A stretch of DNA of 64,000 nt from a virus, in the IMG/VR virus record IMGVR_UViG_3300021437_000011, positions 28,247-92,246 of that record, one strand, 5' to 3'. Numbering within the stretch: position 1 is the first letter of the stretch; each line of letters starts with the position of its first letter. The position numbers were made by a program, and so were the translations under genes. This document shows positions 9,215 through 20,600 of this stretch, piece after piece. The notes under the pieces were generated by a model that ran no database searches, had not been told where the DNA came from, and worked only from the letters and a program-made list of their open reading frames with translations.

Positions 9215-10510
9215 ATGACTGACGAAAAACAGCAAATTGACGCTATCGTTCCGGCAGAAGAGAAGGCTCCCCCACAGGGCTCCTCTCAAAAAGCCGACAT
9301 TTCTCAGGGCAAACCCCAAAGTTTGCGCGAGACTTTGCGCGAGACGATCCTTGCGGCCAAGAAGGAAGCCGAGAGCAAATCGGAGCAGCAAGCCGAGAAA
9401 GCCAAGGAACCCGAAAAATCGGAGAAGTCTGAGGCTGATCCGCCCGAGAAAGAAGTCAAAAAAGCTGAAACGCCAGCTCCAGCCGATGAGGCCGACAAGC
9501 CAAAGGGCGATGAGCTCAAGTCAAAAGTTTCAGACGAAAAGGAAGAAGGGGCTAAGGGACAGGAGAAATCCACTCTTAAACCTCCAGCGTCCTGGTCGAA
9601 AAGTAGTCGCGCCGAATGGGACACTCTCCCAGAATCAATACAAAAAACGATTCTGAAGCGGGAGGAAGACACCGCACGAGGCGTTGAGGAATTAAGGAAG
9701 AAACAGCAAGACGAGATCAGTTCCTGGAAAACCAGACATTCCGATGTTGAGGAAGCTATACGCCCGTACGAAGACGCCATCCAACAATCAGGACGGACAA
9801 AAGGCCAAGTTGTCAAGGACCTGCTTGATTGGAATATGGCTCTTGTTGGGCCGCATAAGCTTCAGGCGTTCCAGGCGCTAGCGAGATCGTTTGGCGTTGA
9901 TATGTCTCAACTCTCCGGTGTAGCTGCTGCGCATAGCGCCTTAGATGCATCGCAAACCGACTCGCCTCCCCCCGTTCAGGCTCCAGTTGTTGACCGTTCC
10001 TGGGAGCCTGCTATCCGAAGCGTAGCGCAACGTCTTGAACAGTTCGAACAGGCCACTGCCGCACAACGGCAGGCAGCCGCCGAACAGGTCGTTCATAACT
10101 GGGCGAAGGACAAGACGCACTTCGAACGAGTACGTGTACTGATGGCTCAACTGGTGGACAACGACGCTAAGATGGGCGGCGTCCGATTCCTAAGGAACGG
10201 ACAAATCGACATGGATGCGGCGTATGAAGCAGCAGTATGGGCCGACCCTGAAGTGCGCGCCGATCTTCTGAAAGAGCAGCGGGAGGAGCATGAGGCCGCG
10301 GTGAAAACCGCCGCAGAAAAAGCGAAAGCCGACGCCGACGCCAGATTGCTGGCGGAAAAAGCGAAAGCCGACGCTGAAAAGGCAAGGAGGGCGGCTGTAA
10401 GTCTGCGCCCGAGCGCCCCAATTTCGGGGGTTAACGGTGCGGCGCCCGGAACTATCGCCACGCGAGAAACGGTTCGCGACAGCATCAAGAGGGCTTTGAG
10501 CGGCATGTAA
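9215..10510 (+). CDS. Capsid scaffolding protein
   Basis: Charged, helical protein with PPASW...W..LP and AYE.AVWADP motifs, directly upstream of the capsid gene. Confidence 0.8.
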   Translation: MTDEKQQIDAIVPAEEKAPPQGSSQKADISQGKPQSLRETLRETILAAKKEAESKSEQQAEKAKEPEKSEKSEADPPEKEVKKAETPAPADEADKPKGDELKSKVSDEKEEGAKGQEKSTLKPPASWSKSSRAEWDTLPESIQKTILKREEDTARGVEELRKKQQDEISSWKTRHSDVEEAIRPYEDAIQQSGRTKGQVVKDLLDWNMALVGPHKLQAFQALARSFGVDMSQLSGVAAAHSALDASQTDSPPPVQAPVVDRSWEPAIRSVAQRLEQFEQATAAQRQAAAEQVVHNWAKDKTHFERVRVLMAQLVDNDAKMGGVRFLRNGQIDMDAAYEAAVWADPEVRADLLKEQREEHEAAVKTAAEKAKADADARLLAEKAKADAEKARRAAVSLRPSAPISGVNGAAPGTIATRETVRDSIKRALSGM

Positions 10511-10537
10511 CCCGGCGTATCGGAACGGGAAAAGAAC

Positions 10538-11569
10538 ATGGCCGTACCTGGCCTTTCAGAAATCGTGACAACCACGCTGCGAAACCGCACCGGGGTGTTG
10601 CAGGACAACGTCAGTAGGAATAATGCGTTACTGGCTCGTCTCAACAAAAAAGGTCGAGTGAAGACGTTTTCAGGCGGTAGAACTATTGTTCAAGAGCTTG
10701 ATTACGCCAACAATCAGACCTTCGTCTGGTATAGTGGGTATCAGACGCTAAACATTAACCCAAGCCAAGTATTCACGGCTGCTGAATTCCCGATTCGTCA
10801 AGCTGCTCTTGCTATCTCCATCTCTGGCCTTGAGGAGATACAGAACAGCGGCGAAGAGGCTATTATTGATCTGCTTGAATCCCGTATCGAGAACGGCGAA
10901 CGCACGTTCCTGAACGGGCTGAGCATGGGCATTTACGGAGACGGCTCGACCGCCAACTCAATTGGCGGGCTGCAGCTTCTTGTCGCAGCCTCTCCAGCGA
11001 CGGGGACCGTCGGCGGCATTGACCGCTCCCAATGGCCATTTTTCCGTAATATCTCGTTCTCGGCGCTGACGAATGGCGGCGCGGCGGCGAGCGCGGCGAA
11101 TATCCTCTCGTACATGGATAGCTTGTGGGTGCAGTTGATTCGTGGTCGCGACGCCCCGGATCTGATCGTCGCCGACAACAATATGTACAAATACTACCTC
11201 CAGGCGCTTCAGTCTATTCAGCGCATCACAACTGAGGGCTCTGCTCCCGAGCTGGCCGAGGCTGGCTTCCAGACTCTAAAGTACATGTCTGCTGACGTGG
11301 TGTTGGATGGTGGATATCAGGGCCAAGCTACTGATCCACTCCCATATAAAATGTCCACAGACACCAGTGCAGTTGGCGGTTCTCCGGCTAACACCATGTA
11401 CTTCCTTAATACAAACTACCTGCACTATAGACCTTCTGCTCAGAGAAACATGGTTCCACTTGATCCAGATAGGTTTTCTGTGAACCAGGATGCTATGGTA
11501 AAGCTTATCGGCTGGGCAGGTAACATGACGCTAAGTAACGCGTTCCTGCAAGGTCTCATAACTACATAA
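10538..11569 (+). CDS. Major capsid protein
   Basis: SEIVTTTLRNR...DNVS.NNALL..L; SGGRTIVQEL; QNSGEEAIIDLLESRI; NQDAMVKLIGWAGN. Confidence 0.92.
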   Translation: MAVPGLSEIVTTTLRNRTGVLQDNVSRNNALLARLNKKGRVKTFSGGRTIVQELDYANNQTFVWYSGYQTLNINPSQVFTAAEFPIRQAALAISISGLEEIQNSGEEAIIDLLESRIENGERTFLNGLSMGIYGDGSTANSIGGLQLLVAASPATGTVGGIDRSQWPFFRNISFSALTNGGAAASAANILSYMDSLWVQLIRGRDAPDLIVADNNMYKYYLQALQSIQRITTEGSAPELAEAGFQTLKYMSADVVLDGGYQGQATDPLPYKMSTDTSAVGGSPANTMYFLNTNYLHYRPSAQRNMVPLDPDRFSVNQDAMVKLIGWAGNMTLSNAFLQGLITT

Positions 11570-11619
11570 TACTACTCGGTGTGTATTATGTACAATACTT
11601 TGGTGCAAAGGAAAATACT

Positions 11620-12171
11620 ATGTCCGTCCGTACGAGATGGTACACCGAGGACAACAAACTCGGTGTAGACCTTAACAATACAGAGGCGGCGATCGCGGTT
11701 ACAACGTATCCCGAGTTCCCCGCCAACAGGATCGCCCTGGGCGAGCAGGTTCAGGGCGTTGGCGGATCGCGGTGGATGTATGTCGTCGCGTCGGCCACCG
11801 TGAGCGCGAACAACCTTATTGCGATCAGTCCGGCTGGCGCGACGGAGTTTCATGCGGAGAGCCTTACATCCGCGCATGTCGCCTCCGGAATCTACTCGTT
11901 CGGGATTTCCCAGATGTCAGTCGCGGCGGCGGCTACGGGGGAGGCGTTCTGGGCGCTTCTGGAGGCCCGCTCGGGGGCTGCGATCAACTGCGTGTCCTCG
12001 TGCGTCGCTGGCGCTCAGCTCTATCTGTATCCGGGGCAAGCCGGGAAGATCACCACAACGGCTACCGGGTATTTCATTCTGGGACTTTATGCAGTCAGCC
12101 CGATGACGGTGACAACTGCTACGGTTGACGTTGTCGTCTTGAGAGAAATCTACGTTACGGCATCAGCATAA
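11620..12171 (+). CDS. Putative capsid decoration/cement protein
   Basis: Small-residue-rich ORF immediately after the capsid gene; RBS AAGGA before ATG 11620. Confidence 0.6.
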   Translation: MSVRTRWYTEDNKLGVDLNNTEAAIAVTTYPEFPANRIALGEQVQGVGGSRWMYVVASATVSANNLIAISPAGATEFHAESLTSAHVASGIYSFGISQMSVAAAATGEAFWALLEARSGAAINCVSSCVAGAQLYLYPGQAGKITTTATGYFILGLYAVSPMTVTTATVDVVVLREIYVTASA

Positions 12172-12180
12172 GGCGTTATC

Positions 12181-13059
12181 GTGAGCGAAGCAAAAGAATT
12201 GCCGTTCGTTCTACTGGCTGGAGTCAACACTGTTGCGGCGACTCCAGCCGATATTTCGAAGCAAAATATTCCGGTCAACATAGCGAGAGGCCATACGCGT
12301 CTTCATATGTTGCCGGAGTTTCAAAAAGTAAAAGGTGAAAATGTACCGATCGCCCTTGTTGGCGGCGGTCCATCCATTAAGGACACTATTGACGAAGTAA
12401 GGAGTTTCAGGCACGTCATAGCGTGCGGATCTTCACATGATTATCTGGTGGAAAGTGGGATTGTTCCGGAGTATTGCGCTATATGTGATCCAGATCCGAT
12501 CATGGCTAACTATTTGAGAAAACCACAGACAGAGACAAAATATCTTGTGGCTAGCAGTTCAGACGCATCCGTGTTCGACGCGTTGGCTGGAATGCAGATA
12601 GTTTTGTGGCATTGCGCCCCAGTGGACAAAGAGTTTATGGATGAAGTTGATCCTGGTTGGCACATGGTTGGCGGAGGATGCACGGTGGGTTTGAGGGCAA
12701 TCTCAATTTCTATCGTGCTTGGTTATACAAATATTCACTTTTTTGGATTTGATAGCTGTCTTGGCGAAGATGGAAGCCATCACGCGTATAGCTTTACTGA
12801 TGAAAGTGAATCTCTGGGGGATATATTCTGCGTTAAGATTGGATCTTCCATGAGTGGTCCAGATGAAGACTCTAACATGTTCAGATGCGCTGGATATCAG
12901 CTTGCGCAAGCTGATCACTTCAAAAAATTTGTGGAGATGTACGGCAAGATATTCACGCCGACATTCCACGGAACAGGGCTGCTCCCCGCATTGTGGAGCG
13001 ACATAAAGGCCAAAGCCGAGGCAATGACGGCAACTGAAGTTCATGAGGAATTACAATGA
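12181..13059 (+). CDS. DUF115 / MptE-like (Maf-type) protein 1
   Basis: IALVGGGPSI...HDYL...GGGCTVGLRA...GY..IHFFGFDSC...HHAY. Confidence 0.8.
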   Translation: MSEAKELPFVLLAGVNTVAATPADISKQNIPVNIARGHTRLHMLPEFQKVKGENVPIALVGGGPSIKDTIDEVRSFRHVIACGSSHDYLVESGIVPEYCAICDPDPIMANYLRKPQTETKYLVASSSDASVFDALAGMQIVLWHCAPVDKEFMDEVDPGWHMVGGGCTVGLRAISISIVLGYTNIHFFGFDSCLGEDGSHHAYSFTDESESLGDIFCVKIGSSMSGPDEDSNMFRCAGYQLAQADHFKKFVEMYGKIFTPTFHGTGLLPALWSDIKAKAEAMTATEVHEELQ

Positions 13060-13826
13060 GTTATGGAGAGGCTCTTCCCACCCATACTGCGATCGATTGG
13101 AAAGGCCACGTCGGCTTGGCCCAATATGGGGACGACTCGCGCACGATTGCGCTGTTTTACAATCGATCCGTACACAACCCGATCAAATCGGAGCATGCGG
13201 GGACGCCGATCCATGACGACGTGGATTATGTGCGCATTCACCAGCCTGGCGAGCGCCTCAATATCATTGACCGGCCAGTGACAGCGGCTGACCGCGCCCG
13301 CTTTCCCCGTCAGTGGTCTGATTATATTGGGAATAGAGAGCAAATCCCCGATGGAACCCCGATTGATTTGCTGTTCCCTGCGCATCCCAACGTGGGGGCC
13401 AATCTTCGCGGCGTCGGCGTCCATACGATTGAGCAGTGCGCCAAGCTCAGCGGACACGCCATGGATGTTATTGGGATGGGCGCTCAGGAATATGTCAATC
13501 GGGCCACTGAGTATTTGGAGAACGCGGAGAAGGGCGTGGGGCTGCACAAGCTGCATCGGGAGCTGGAGGAGCGCGACTCTCAGATCAGAATCCTCCATTC
13601 GCAAGTGGGCTCGCTCAAGGGACAGCTCGACCAATTGTTGAGCTCGATCCAAAGCGCCAGCGTCAATCCTGTGGCGCTCAGGATGATTCCTGCAGAGATC
13701 GCTGGGGCCGTCGCCGCTCCACCTGGCACGGCTCAGCACGATTTCATGACGCCCCCCGGCTTCGGCAAGCGAAAGGGGCGAGGAAAAACGTCAACAGGGC
13801 CTTCCGAGAGCGAGGCGGCGCAGTGA
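13056..13826 (+). CDS. Conserved phage hypothetical protein
   Basis: G.PI..D..YVRI..PG, RFPRQW..Y, GTPI, TIEQ.A.L motifs; C-terminal coiled coil. Confidence 0.7.
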   Translation: MSYGEALPTHTAIDWKGHVGLAQYGDDSRTIALFYNRSVHNPIKSEHAGTPIHDDVDYVRIHQPGERLNIIDRPVTAADRARFPRQWSDYIGNREQIPDGTPIDLLFPAHPNVGANLRGVGVHTIEQCAKLSGHAMDVIGMGAQEYVNRATEYLENAEKGVGLHKLHRELEERDSQIRILHSQVGSLKGQLDQLLSSIQSASVNPVALRMIPAEIAGAVAAPPGTAQHDFMTPPGFGKRKGRGKTSTGPSESEAAQ

Positions 13827-14623
13827 AGCGGCTTGACGGCGTGAACGTTGTCGCCGCCGCCTCTCCCGAGGTTTTCTCGGCGAATATCGCGGCGAATTGC
13901 CGCCGCGAATTGCCCGATATTCATGAGCTTCCAGAGTGGCGGGAGCGCATGCCCATCGCGCTGGTCGGCGGCGGTCCGTCGCTTGCAGGACATCTGGATG
14001 AGCTGAAGCGCTACAACCTGATCATGGCGTGCGGTTCGGCGCATGACTACGTCGCCAGCCAAGGCGTTGAGCCCCGATGGGCGGTCTGTTGTGATCCGGA
14101 CCCGGCTGCGGCGGCGTATTACAGGAAACCAGTAAAATCATGCACCTATCTCATAGCGTCGGCGTGTTCCGGGGCAGTGTTCGACGCCCTGAAGGGGCAT
14201 CATGTGGTGCGGTGGCATTCGGGCGGGTCCAACTTGTCGTCAGAGGTCTGGGGAGACGGCCGGAAAATCATCGTCGGCGGCGGCTGCACCGTTGGGACGC
14301 GCGCCTTCATGCTCGCGATCTGCTTCGGCTTTTCGACCATCCACTTTTTCGGCTTTGACGGCTGCGTGAGCGATGAACGTCACCACGCCTACGATTTCGC
14401 CGCAGATGATCCATTTGATGTGGGCGAGATGGTTGACGTGCGGCTCGGCGCTCCTGATGGCCCAGCCTATCGAATGGCTGGCTACATGCTTGGGCAACTC
14501 TTTGATTTTGACAGGCTCATCGGAAAATTTGGGGGCCGAATGGATCTGACCGTACACGGCGGCGGACCGTTGTTCGATCTCGTAAAATACGCAAAGGAAA
14601 AGAAAAATGCCGAAGAAGAGTGA
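13823..14623 (+). CDS. DUF115 / MptE-like (Maf-type) protein 2
   Basis: Paralog of 12181..13059: IALVGGGPSL, ACGSAHDY, VGGGCTVG.RA, IHFFGFDGC, HHAY. Confidence 0.8.
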   Translation: MKRLDGVNVVAAASPEVFSANIAANCRRELPDIHELPEWRERMPIALVGGGPSLAGHLDELKRYNLIMACGSAHDYVASQGVEPRWAVCCDPDPAAAAYYRKPVKSCTYLIASACSGAVFDALKGHHVVRWHSGGSNLSSEVWGDGRKIIVGGGCTVGTRAFMLAICFGFSTIHFFGFDGCVSDERHHAYDFAADDPFDVGEMVDVRLGAPDGPAYRMAGYMLGQLFDFDRLIGKFGGRMDLTVHGGGPLFDLVKYAKEKKNAEEE

Positions 14624-15002
14624 CTTGATGGGCCTCGGTATGCCCGTGTTCCTGGCTCAGAGGATGGCGACGGAGCCCAGCTTAGTTACGGCCGCAGGCG
14701 TCACCCGCGCCAGCGCTACGCCGATCAATGGGGATCAGTATCTTGTTGTGATGATTGGCTCGAATGCTGGCGGCGGGTTTCAGTTGCCCTCGATTGGCGG
14801 CCAGAACGGGTGTTTGCTGGGCGACGATTTCACTATCAACGCGCTGTACGCAACGGCAAGCCTTTACCCAGGCCCTGGCTGCACGATTTCCATCGGCGCG
14901 GGAAGTTATTCCACAGGAACCGCTGTTCCCATTGAGCTGCATACCGCCTCCTCGTTTTATCCCGTCACCGCGACCCAGTGGATCGGGGTGAAGGGAGGAT
15001 AA
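14607..15002 (+). CDS. Hypothetical virion protein
   Basis: 131-aa ORF within the structural operon. Confidence 0.6.
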   Translation: MPKKSDLMGLGMPVFLAQRMATEPSLVTAAGVTRASATPINGDQYLVVMIGSNAGGGFQLPSIGGQNGCLLGDDFTINALYATASLYPGPGCTISIGAGSYSTGTAVPIELHTASSFYPVTATQWIGVKGG

Positions 15003-15005
15003 TCA

Positions 15006-15968
15006 ATGGCTGCGCCCAAGACTCTGCTGCAAATTGTAAACACAGCTCAGCAAGAGCTTGGGCTGCCTCAGTCCTCTGCCGTTATAGGCAATACGGATTT
15101 TACGACTATTCAAATGCTTGCCTTGCTCAATGCGGCGGGAGAGGAGTTGCGCGATCACCCTGAGGGCGGTTGGACGCAGATGCGCACCGAGTTCAATCTG
15201 GTTGTCACCGTCCCGATAACAACGACTGGGGACACAACGGTGAACTCGGCCGTCATTGTGAATATTCCGAGCACCACGGGATTGGCCGCTGGCTCCTGGA
15301 TGTGCTCGGGGCCGAATATTCCAACAGCCGCGCGCATCAAGAGCGTGGACAGCGCCACGCAGGTGACGCTGACGATGAATGTAACTGGGACTGCGCCAGG
15401 GGTCTCGCTTGTCTTCTCCAACGACACATATTCGCTGCCAGCCGATTTTAAGTCCTACATCAACCGAACATGGTGGGACAGGACGAATCGTTGGGAGTTG
15501 CTCGGCCCTGACAGCCCGCAAATGGATCAGTGGCACCGATCTGGAATTGTCGTGACTGGCCCCAGACGGCATTGGCGGCAACTGGGAAAAGTCGGGGCGC
15601 AATATCGGATCTGGCCTCAGCCGTCGGAGATCTCCACCCCTCTCCAGCTCGTTTATGAATATCTTAGCGACTCGTGGGTCAATGTTGGCGGCCTCGGGCA
15701 GCAATTCTCAGCCGCATTTACATCAGATACGGACACGCCGGTCCTTGATGACCGAGCTCTTATCTTATCGCTCAAATACAGGTTTTGGGGGCAGAAAGGC
15801 TTCAATTATCTCCCTATGCAACAAGAGTATGTTGACTGGGTTGATAGACTTGTGGGCCGTGATGGAGGTTCTGGAAGCATAAGTTTGGTAAAACGCCAGC
15901 ATCCTTTGTTTATATCTCCTTCTGCTGTGCAGGATGGGTTCTTCCCAGGCCCGGTTTCACCTCCATAA
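15006..15968 (+). CDS. Head-tail adaptor / tail tubular protein A-like
   Basis: TLLQIVN....ELGL, Y.LPADF...INRTWWDRT.RW.L.GP.SPQ, KGF.Y; position in operon. Confidence 0.75.
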   Translation: MAAPKTLLQIVNTAQQELGLPQSSAVIGNTDFTTIQMLALLNAAGEELRDHPEGGWTQMRTEFNLVVTVPITTTGDTTVNSAVIVNIPSTTGLAAGSWMCSGPNIPTAARIKSVDSATQVTLTMNVTGTAPGVSLVFSNDTYSLPADFKSYINRTWWDRTNRWELLGPDSPQMDQWHRSGIVVTGPRRHWRQLGKVGAQYRIWPQPSEISTPLQLVYEYLSDSWVNVGGLGQQFSAAFTSDTDTPVLDDRALILSLKYRFWGQKGFNYLPMQQEYVDWVDRLVGRDGGSGSISLVKRQHPLFISPSAVQDGFFPGPVSPP

Positions 15969-15974
15969 TGCGTC

Positions 15975-17609
15975 ATGAGAGTCCCAAAAACACTGGCAAA
16001 ATTTGCGCATTTGGCTCCTGAAGTGCAGGCAGTTTCGGTGGATGCGCCCGTGGGCGGCTGGGATGCGATCAGCCCGCTGGCGAAGATGGACCCGCGGTAT
16101 GCGGTTACTCTCGACAACTGGGTGCCAAGGACCGCCTATATAGAGTTGCGCAAGGGATACCAGACGTGGTGTCAGGGTTTGGCCACAACGCCTGTGGAAA
16201 CCCTCATGACCTATCGGCCAGAAGGCGCTCCAGAGGCCATGTTCGCGGCGTGCAATGGCGCAATCTGGAATGTTTCTGGGCAAGGGAGCCCCGTGCGCGT
16301 CGTGACGGGACTGAGCTCCAACAGATGGCAATATATCAATTTCACGCCTGCTGGCGGCGCAAATTACCTCTATGCCGTCAATGGCATAGATACCCCTCTC
16401 TTGTGGAATGGCGCAATCTGGACCAACCCGGTTATCACCGGGGTGACGGCGGCGACGCTGCGGGGCATTTATGTGCACAAGCGCCGGATCTGGTTTGTTC
16501 AAAACCAAGCCACGAGCGTTTGGTATTTGGGGACCGACGCGATCCAGGGAGCGGCGACGCAGCTCGACCTTGGCGCGCTGATGAGCAAGGGCGGCTATCT
16601 TGTCGGCGTTGGCACGTGGACGATTGACGGCGGCCTGGGGCCTGACGATTACGCCGTCTTCGCCTCAAGCCGCGGCGAGCTCATCATTTATAAGGGAACC
16701 GATCCGTCCAGCGCCACCGCCTGGTCTCTTGTGGGCGTTTTCGATTTTCCTCCGGCGTTGGGTTATAGGTGTTTTTATCGGATGGGGTCAGATCTGTGGA
16801 TGATCACAACTCAGGGCGTCATCCCCGTGTCGCAAGGTCTCCCCTTCGACCCGGCCGGCTCGCGCTCGGCCGCGATCACGAGTCGTATCCAAAACGCAAT
16901 GCTCCAATCTGGCGCGGCTGGGCAATATCTCTTTGGCTGGCAACTCATCAGCTATCCAAACGAAGCTTTGGCCCTGTTGAATGTGCCTATTCTGGAGAAT
17001 GTCAGCCAGCAACAGTATGTAACAAATCTTCTTACTGGGGCATGGTGTCGGTTTACCGGGTGGAATGCGAATACGTTTGAAATATTCAATGATAAACTGT
17101 ACTTTGGAGACAATACCGGTAATGTAAATCTTGCCTATAGCGGATCTACAGACCTCATAACACCCATCAATGCGGACCTGAAGTGCGCGTTTAACTATTT
17201 TGGAGACCCAAGCCGACTCAAGCGCATGAGCATGGCGGAGCCGCTCATGGTGACGAGCGGAGCAATTACGCCTACCCTGGCTGTTGATGTGGATTTTTCG
17301 GACACAAGCCCCAGCGCTCCGATCAATAACATTGTTCCTCAAGGGTCTGCTTACGACGCATCTGTTTATGACACCGGGATTTACGCTGCTGGAAACGTTT
17401 CTCTTGTGAGCTGGCTCTCGACTGAAGCACAGGGACGCGCTCTTGCGCTTCGAATGAAAGTAAATCTTCTTCCTCTCATAGTTTCAAACCAGTCTATATT
17501 TGATACTGGCGTGTTCGATGCTTTAATCTTCGATGGGCTTAGTTCATCTGACGTGACTCTTCAGCTTAACGCCTTCAACGCTTTAGTGGAGTTTGGAGCC
17601 AATGTATAA
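15975..17609 (+). CDS. Packaged-DNA stabilisation / tail tubular protein B-like
   Basis: APVGGW.A..PLA.M.P..AV.LDNW.P N-terminus; beta-propeller-like content; follows the adaptor. Confidence 0.75.
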   Translation: MRVPKTLAKFAHLAPEVQAVSVDAPVGGWDAISPLAKMDPRYAVTLDNWVPRTAYIELRKGYQTWCQGLATTPVETLMTYRPEGAPEAMFAACNGAIWNVSGQGSPVRVVTGLSSNRWQYINFTPAGGANYLYAVNGIDTPLLWNGAIWTNPVITGVTAATLRGIYVHKRRIWFVQNQATSVWYLGTDAIQGAATQLDLGALMSKGGYLVGVGTWTIDGGLGPDDYAVFASSRGELIIYKGTDPSSATAWSLVGVFDFPPALGYRCFYRMGSDLWMITTQGVIPVSQGLPFDPAGSRSAAITSRIQNAMLQSGAAGQYLFGWQLISYPNEALALLNVPILENVSQQQYVTNLLTGAWCRFTGWNANTFEIFNDKLYFGDNTGNVNLAYSGSTDLITPINADLKCAFNYFGDPSRLKRMSMAEPLMVTSGAITPTLAVDVDFSDTSPSAPINNIVPQGSAYDASVYDTGIYAAGNVSLVSWLSTEAQGRALALRMKVNLLPLIVSNQSIFDTGVFDALIFDGLSSSDVTLQLNAFNALVEFGANV

Positions 17610-20600
17610 TGGCGCCCCGCTCTCATCTCAATTTGGCGAATTCGACCCAAATAACGCGGACATTGTCAACGCGTTGAACGGGTCTCAGCCGATGTTCAGT
17701 GGCCAAAATCCTCAGACGCAAGCGCTGATGAGCGCGATCTCCGGGCAGCTCCCGCAACCAGGGCGAGACACGGGCGGATGGTCGACTCTTGACGCGATGT
17801 CGGGATATGGGGATACGGAGCCGACGCAAGCGCCGCTGGCGCGTCGGCCGTGGGGCATGCTCACGCCAGAGCAGGGGCGCGTTGAAGTCGCTGGGGCGTT
17901 GCCCGGATACGCCAGAACCGCAGTCGCCCGCGAAGTGGAGGCGAAAGAGGCTCGGGCTCGGCCCGCCGAGGCTCCCGCGCTCTCGTATATGGGCATGCCC
18001 CTGATCAGCGCCCAGGAAGCCAAGGACGCCGCAGAACGGGAGCTTGCGGCGGCGCAGGCGAAGAAGGCCCACGCTGAGGCGCAGCTCGCTGGAGAAGCCG
18101 CCTTGCCGACGACGACGCCGCTCCGGAATGCGGCGGAGAATGCTTTCCAGGCTGCTGGGGCAAGCTACGCCGCTGTTCCAAAATTCGCCGGATACATTGG
18201 GGGATGGCTCGCCAACGAAGCTGGCTCCGAGGTCCCCCCTACGGACAACGCTGTCTTCCACTTGGGCGACGCGGCCGACAAATGGTCCAAGGCGGCTTTT
18301 CCTGGAGACCCGGAAAGAGCTGACGAATTCGGGACCAAGGCCGCACACCTGACCGGATTCCTCGCGACTCTCTACGGAGCTGGGGGCGTGAAGGCGATGA
18401 CCGAGGGCGGCCCCGAGCTGGCGGCCAAGATCGGGACCGCAGTCACAAAGGGGTCTCAGGCGGCGCTTGCCGTGGGGACTGGCGGCATGGGCCAGTTTGA
18501 GGCGGCCACGGCGGCGATGGAGGCTGGCGAGGGGCGGCATCCGATGCCTGGGGTCACGATCACGCCGCAGGGCCTGCCGGTAAGCGAGCGGGACCGGGCG
18601 TTGGCGACGCTGCTCGGCGCGGGTGTCGGGCTCACTAGCCTCATTCCCATGGCGTCGGCGACAGCCACCGCTGGCGAGCGCGAGATCGGCGCGGTCATGG
18701 CGAAGGCGCTGGAAGGATCTGGCGTCAATGCAGGCCAGATGGCGGCGTTCAATGTGTTGAACAACGCGATAGCGCGAGAGATTTATGACCCAGAACGGTC
18801 TCTCGCACAGGGGATGAATGAAGACGTTGCGCTTGGGGCGCTTGCTGGCGGAGTTGCTCATGGGCTAGCCGCCGCTACTGGACCAAAACGGCTGTCGACG
18901 CCAGAGGAAATCCAGGCGTTTATTGATGCGGCTCGGCGGCATGACACAGACCCAGCGAAGGCCGCCTACTGGCAGAATATGCGCCGATGGGCTGACGACA
19001 CGCTTCTTCTTCCCGCGCCAAACGCGGGAGCTCCAGGAGCCGCTCCGCCTACGCCGATCCCCGCGCCAGTTGCGCCAAACGCGCCTAATGTGGCTCCGGC
19101 CGAAGAAGCTCCACGGGAGGTCGAAACTTCGGCTGCGCCAGAACCTGTAAAACTTGGCGAGGCAGGGCCATATGCGCTTCGCGATGCAACGAATTGGAGG
19201 GAGGAAGCCCATGGGGACAGACCACCAGCAGGTCGCGGAGAGAGCGCTCAAAATATCGGAGCAAGCGAGGAAGTTGGGCCACCACGAGACAGAGCAGTAC
19301 TACCGAGCGAAGGCGGAAAGGCACTTGGCCCGCGCCCAGTGGTTGGAACGGAGACGTTTGGCTACCGCGACAAAGACGGCTCCCCAGTCGTAGGCGCGAT
19401 CAATAATGAAAAACCAGCAACGGACTATAGGGGCCGACTGGTTTTTCGTGCTTACCCAGAAGGGACGACCATACAGCGCAACGAAAGTCCGGCGCGCAAG
19501 CTTGGCGAGCCCCTTGCCAAAGTCACCTTGAACCAACACCCCGACGGTTCGTGGGAAGTCGGGATGATGGAGACACATCCCGACCAAGGAGGCCGCCACC
19601 TCACCGGCAACATGCTCAACGCCATTGAAGATCGCCTTGGGCAGAAGCTCAAAGCCCCTGGCACGTTCTGGCCTGATGGATACCGCCTCTGGAGCAAGCG
19701 CGATCCTGAAGCCGTGCAACACCATCAGGAAGTAGATGGAGAGCATCTTAGCCCTGCGACGATCAAACGCCGCATCGACAAAAATCAGGAGGATATGACC
19801 GCCGCCGATCCCATCAGGGATTGGGAATACATCTCCGACCTGCAGAAAGAAAACAAACGCCTGACAGCGGCGTTTGAGCGCGTTCCAGAGCATGCGCGGA
19901 CGCCAGAGGCGCTAGCGGGGCAATTTGCCCTGCGCGGCGTCCATGCGACAGAAGCTGATTTCGATCGCTTCGATCCAGAGAAGTCGGGCTCGCGCTTCAA
20001 TCTCAACTTTTGGGGGAATGGCGTCTACATGACGCCGCTGGAGCATGCGCAAGAGTTGGGAAAGGCTGGAGAGGCGGGAACTTACTATGGAGAAGCCGCG
20101 CCTGGGCCTGGCGCTAAGCATTATCTGCTGTCACTCGACGCCAAGAAGCCGTTTGTCATTGATCACGCCTTAGATGAATTGGGCGATGTCCATTCGGCGA
20201 AGGCTGACTGGGGGTCGCTCAAGCCGCACGGATGGGAGCACGAGATGCCCCCCGTGATGGCCTGGCGAGACCCAAAGGCCCTGGAGAGCGCCCGCGCCGC
20301 CATTCCCGATGCGGCCCGTAGGGACGCGCGGGAGGCAGAGCAAGCCCGCGACGCAGCCATAGACCAGATGTGGGCGCTAGATCCGAGACATGGGACGCCC
20401 CCGGAAGATATCGCGGAGGCTAAGCAAAAGGTCGACGACCTTAGCCAAAAGGCGTTTGAGGCGCGGAGGAAAGCGCATCCGCCCGCAGTTCTTGCCGAGA
20501 AATTCACTCAAGCGTTGAAGTCCGCTGGCTATGACTCGGTTATCGTTAAGCAAAATGGCAAACCCTATGAGATGCTTGCCGTTGAGCCTGGAACTGTCAC

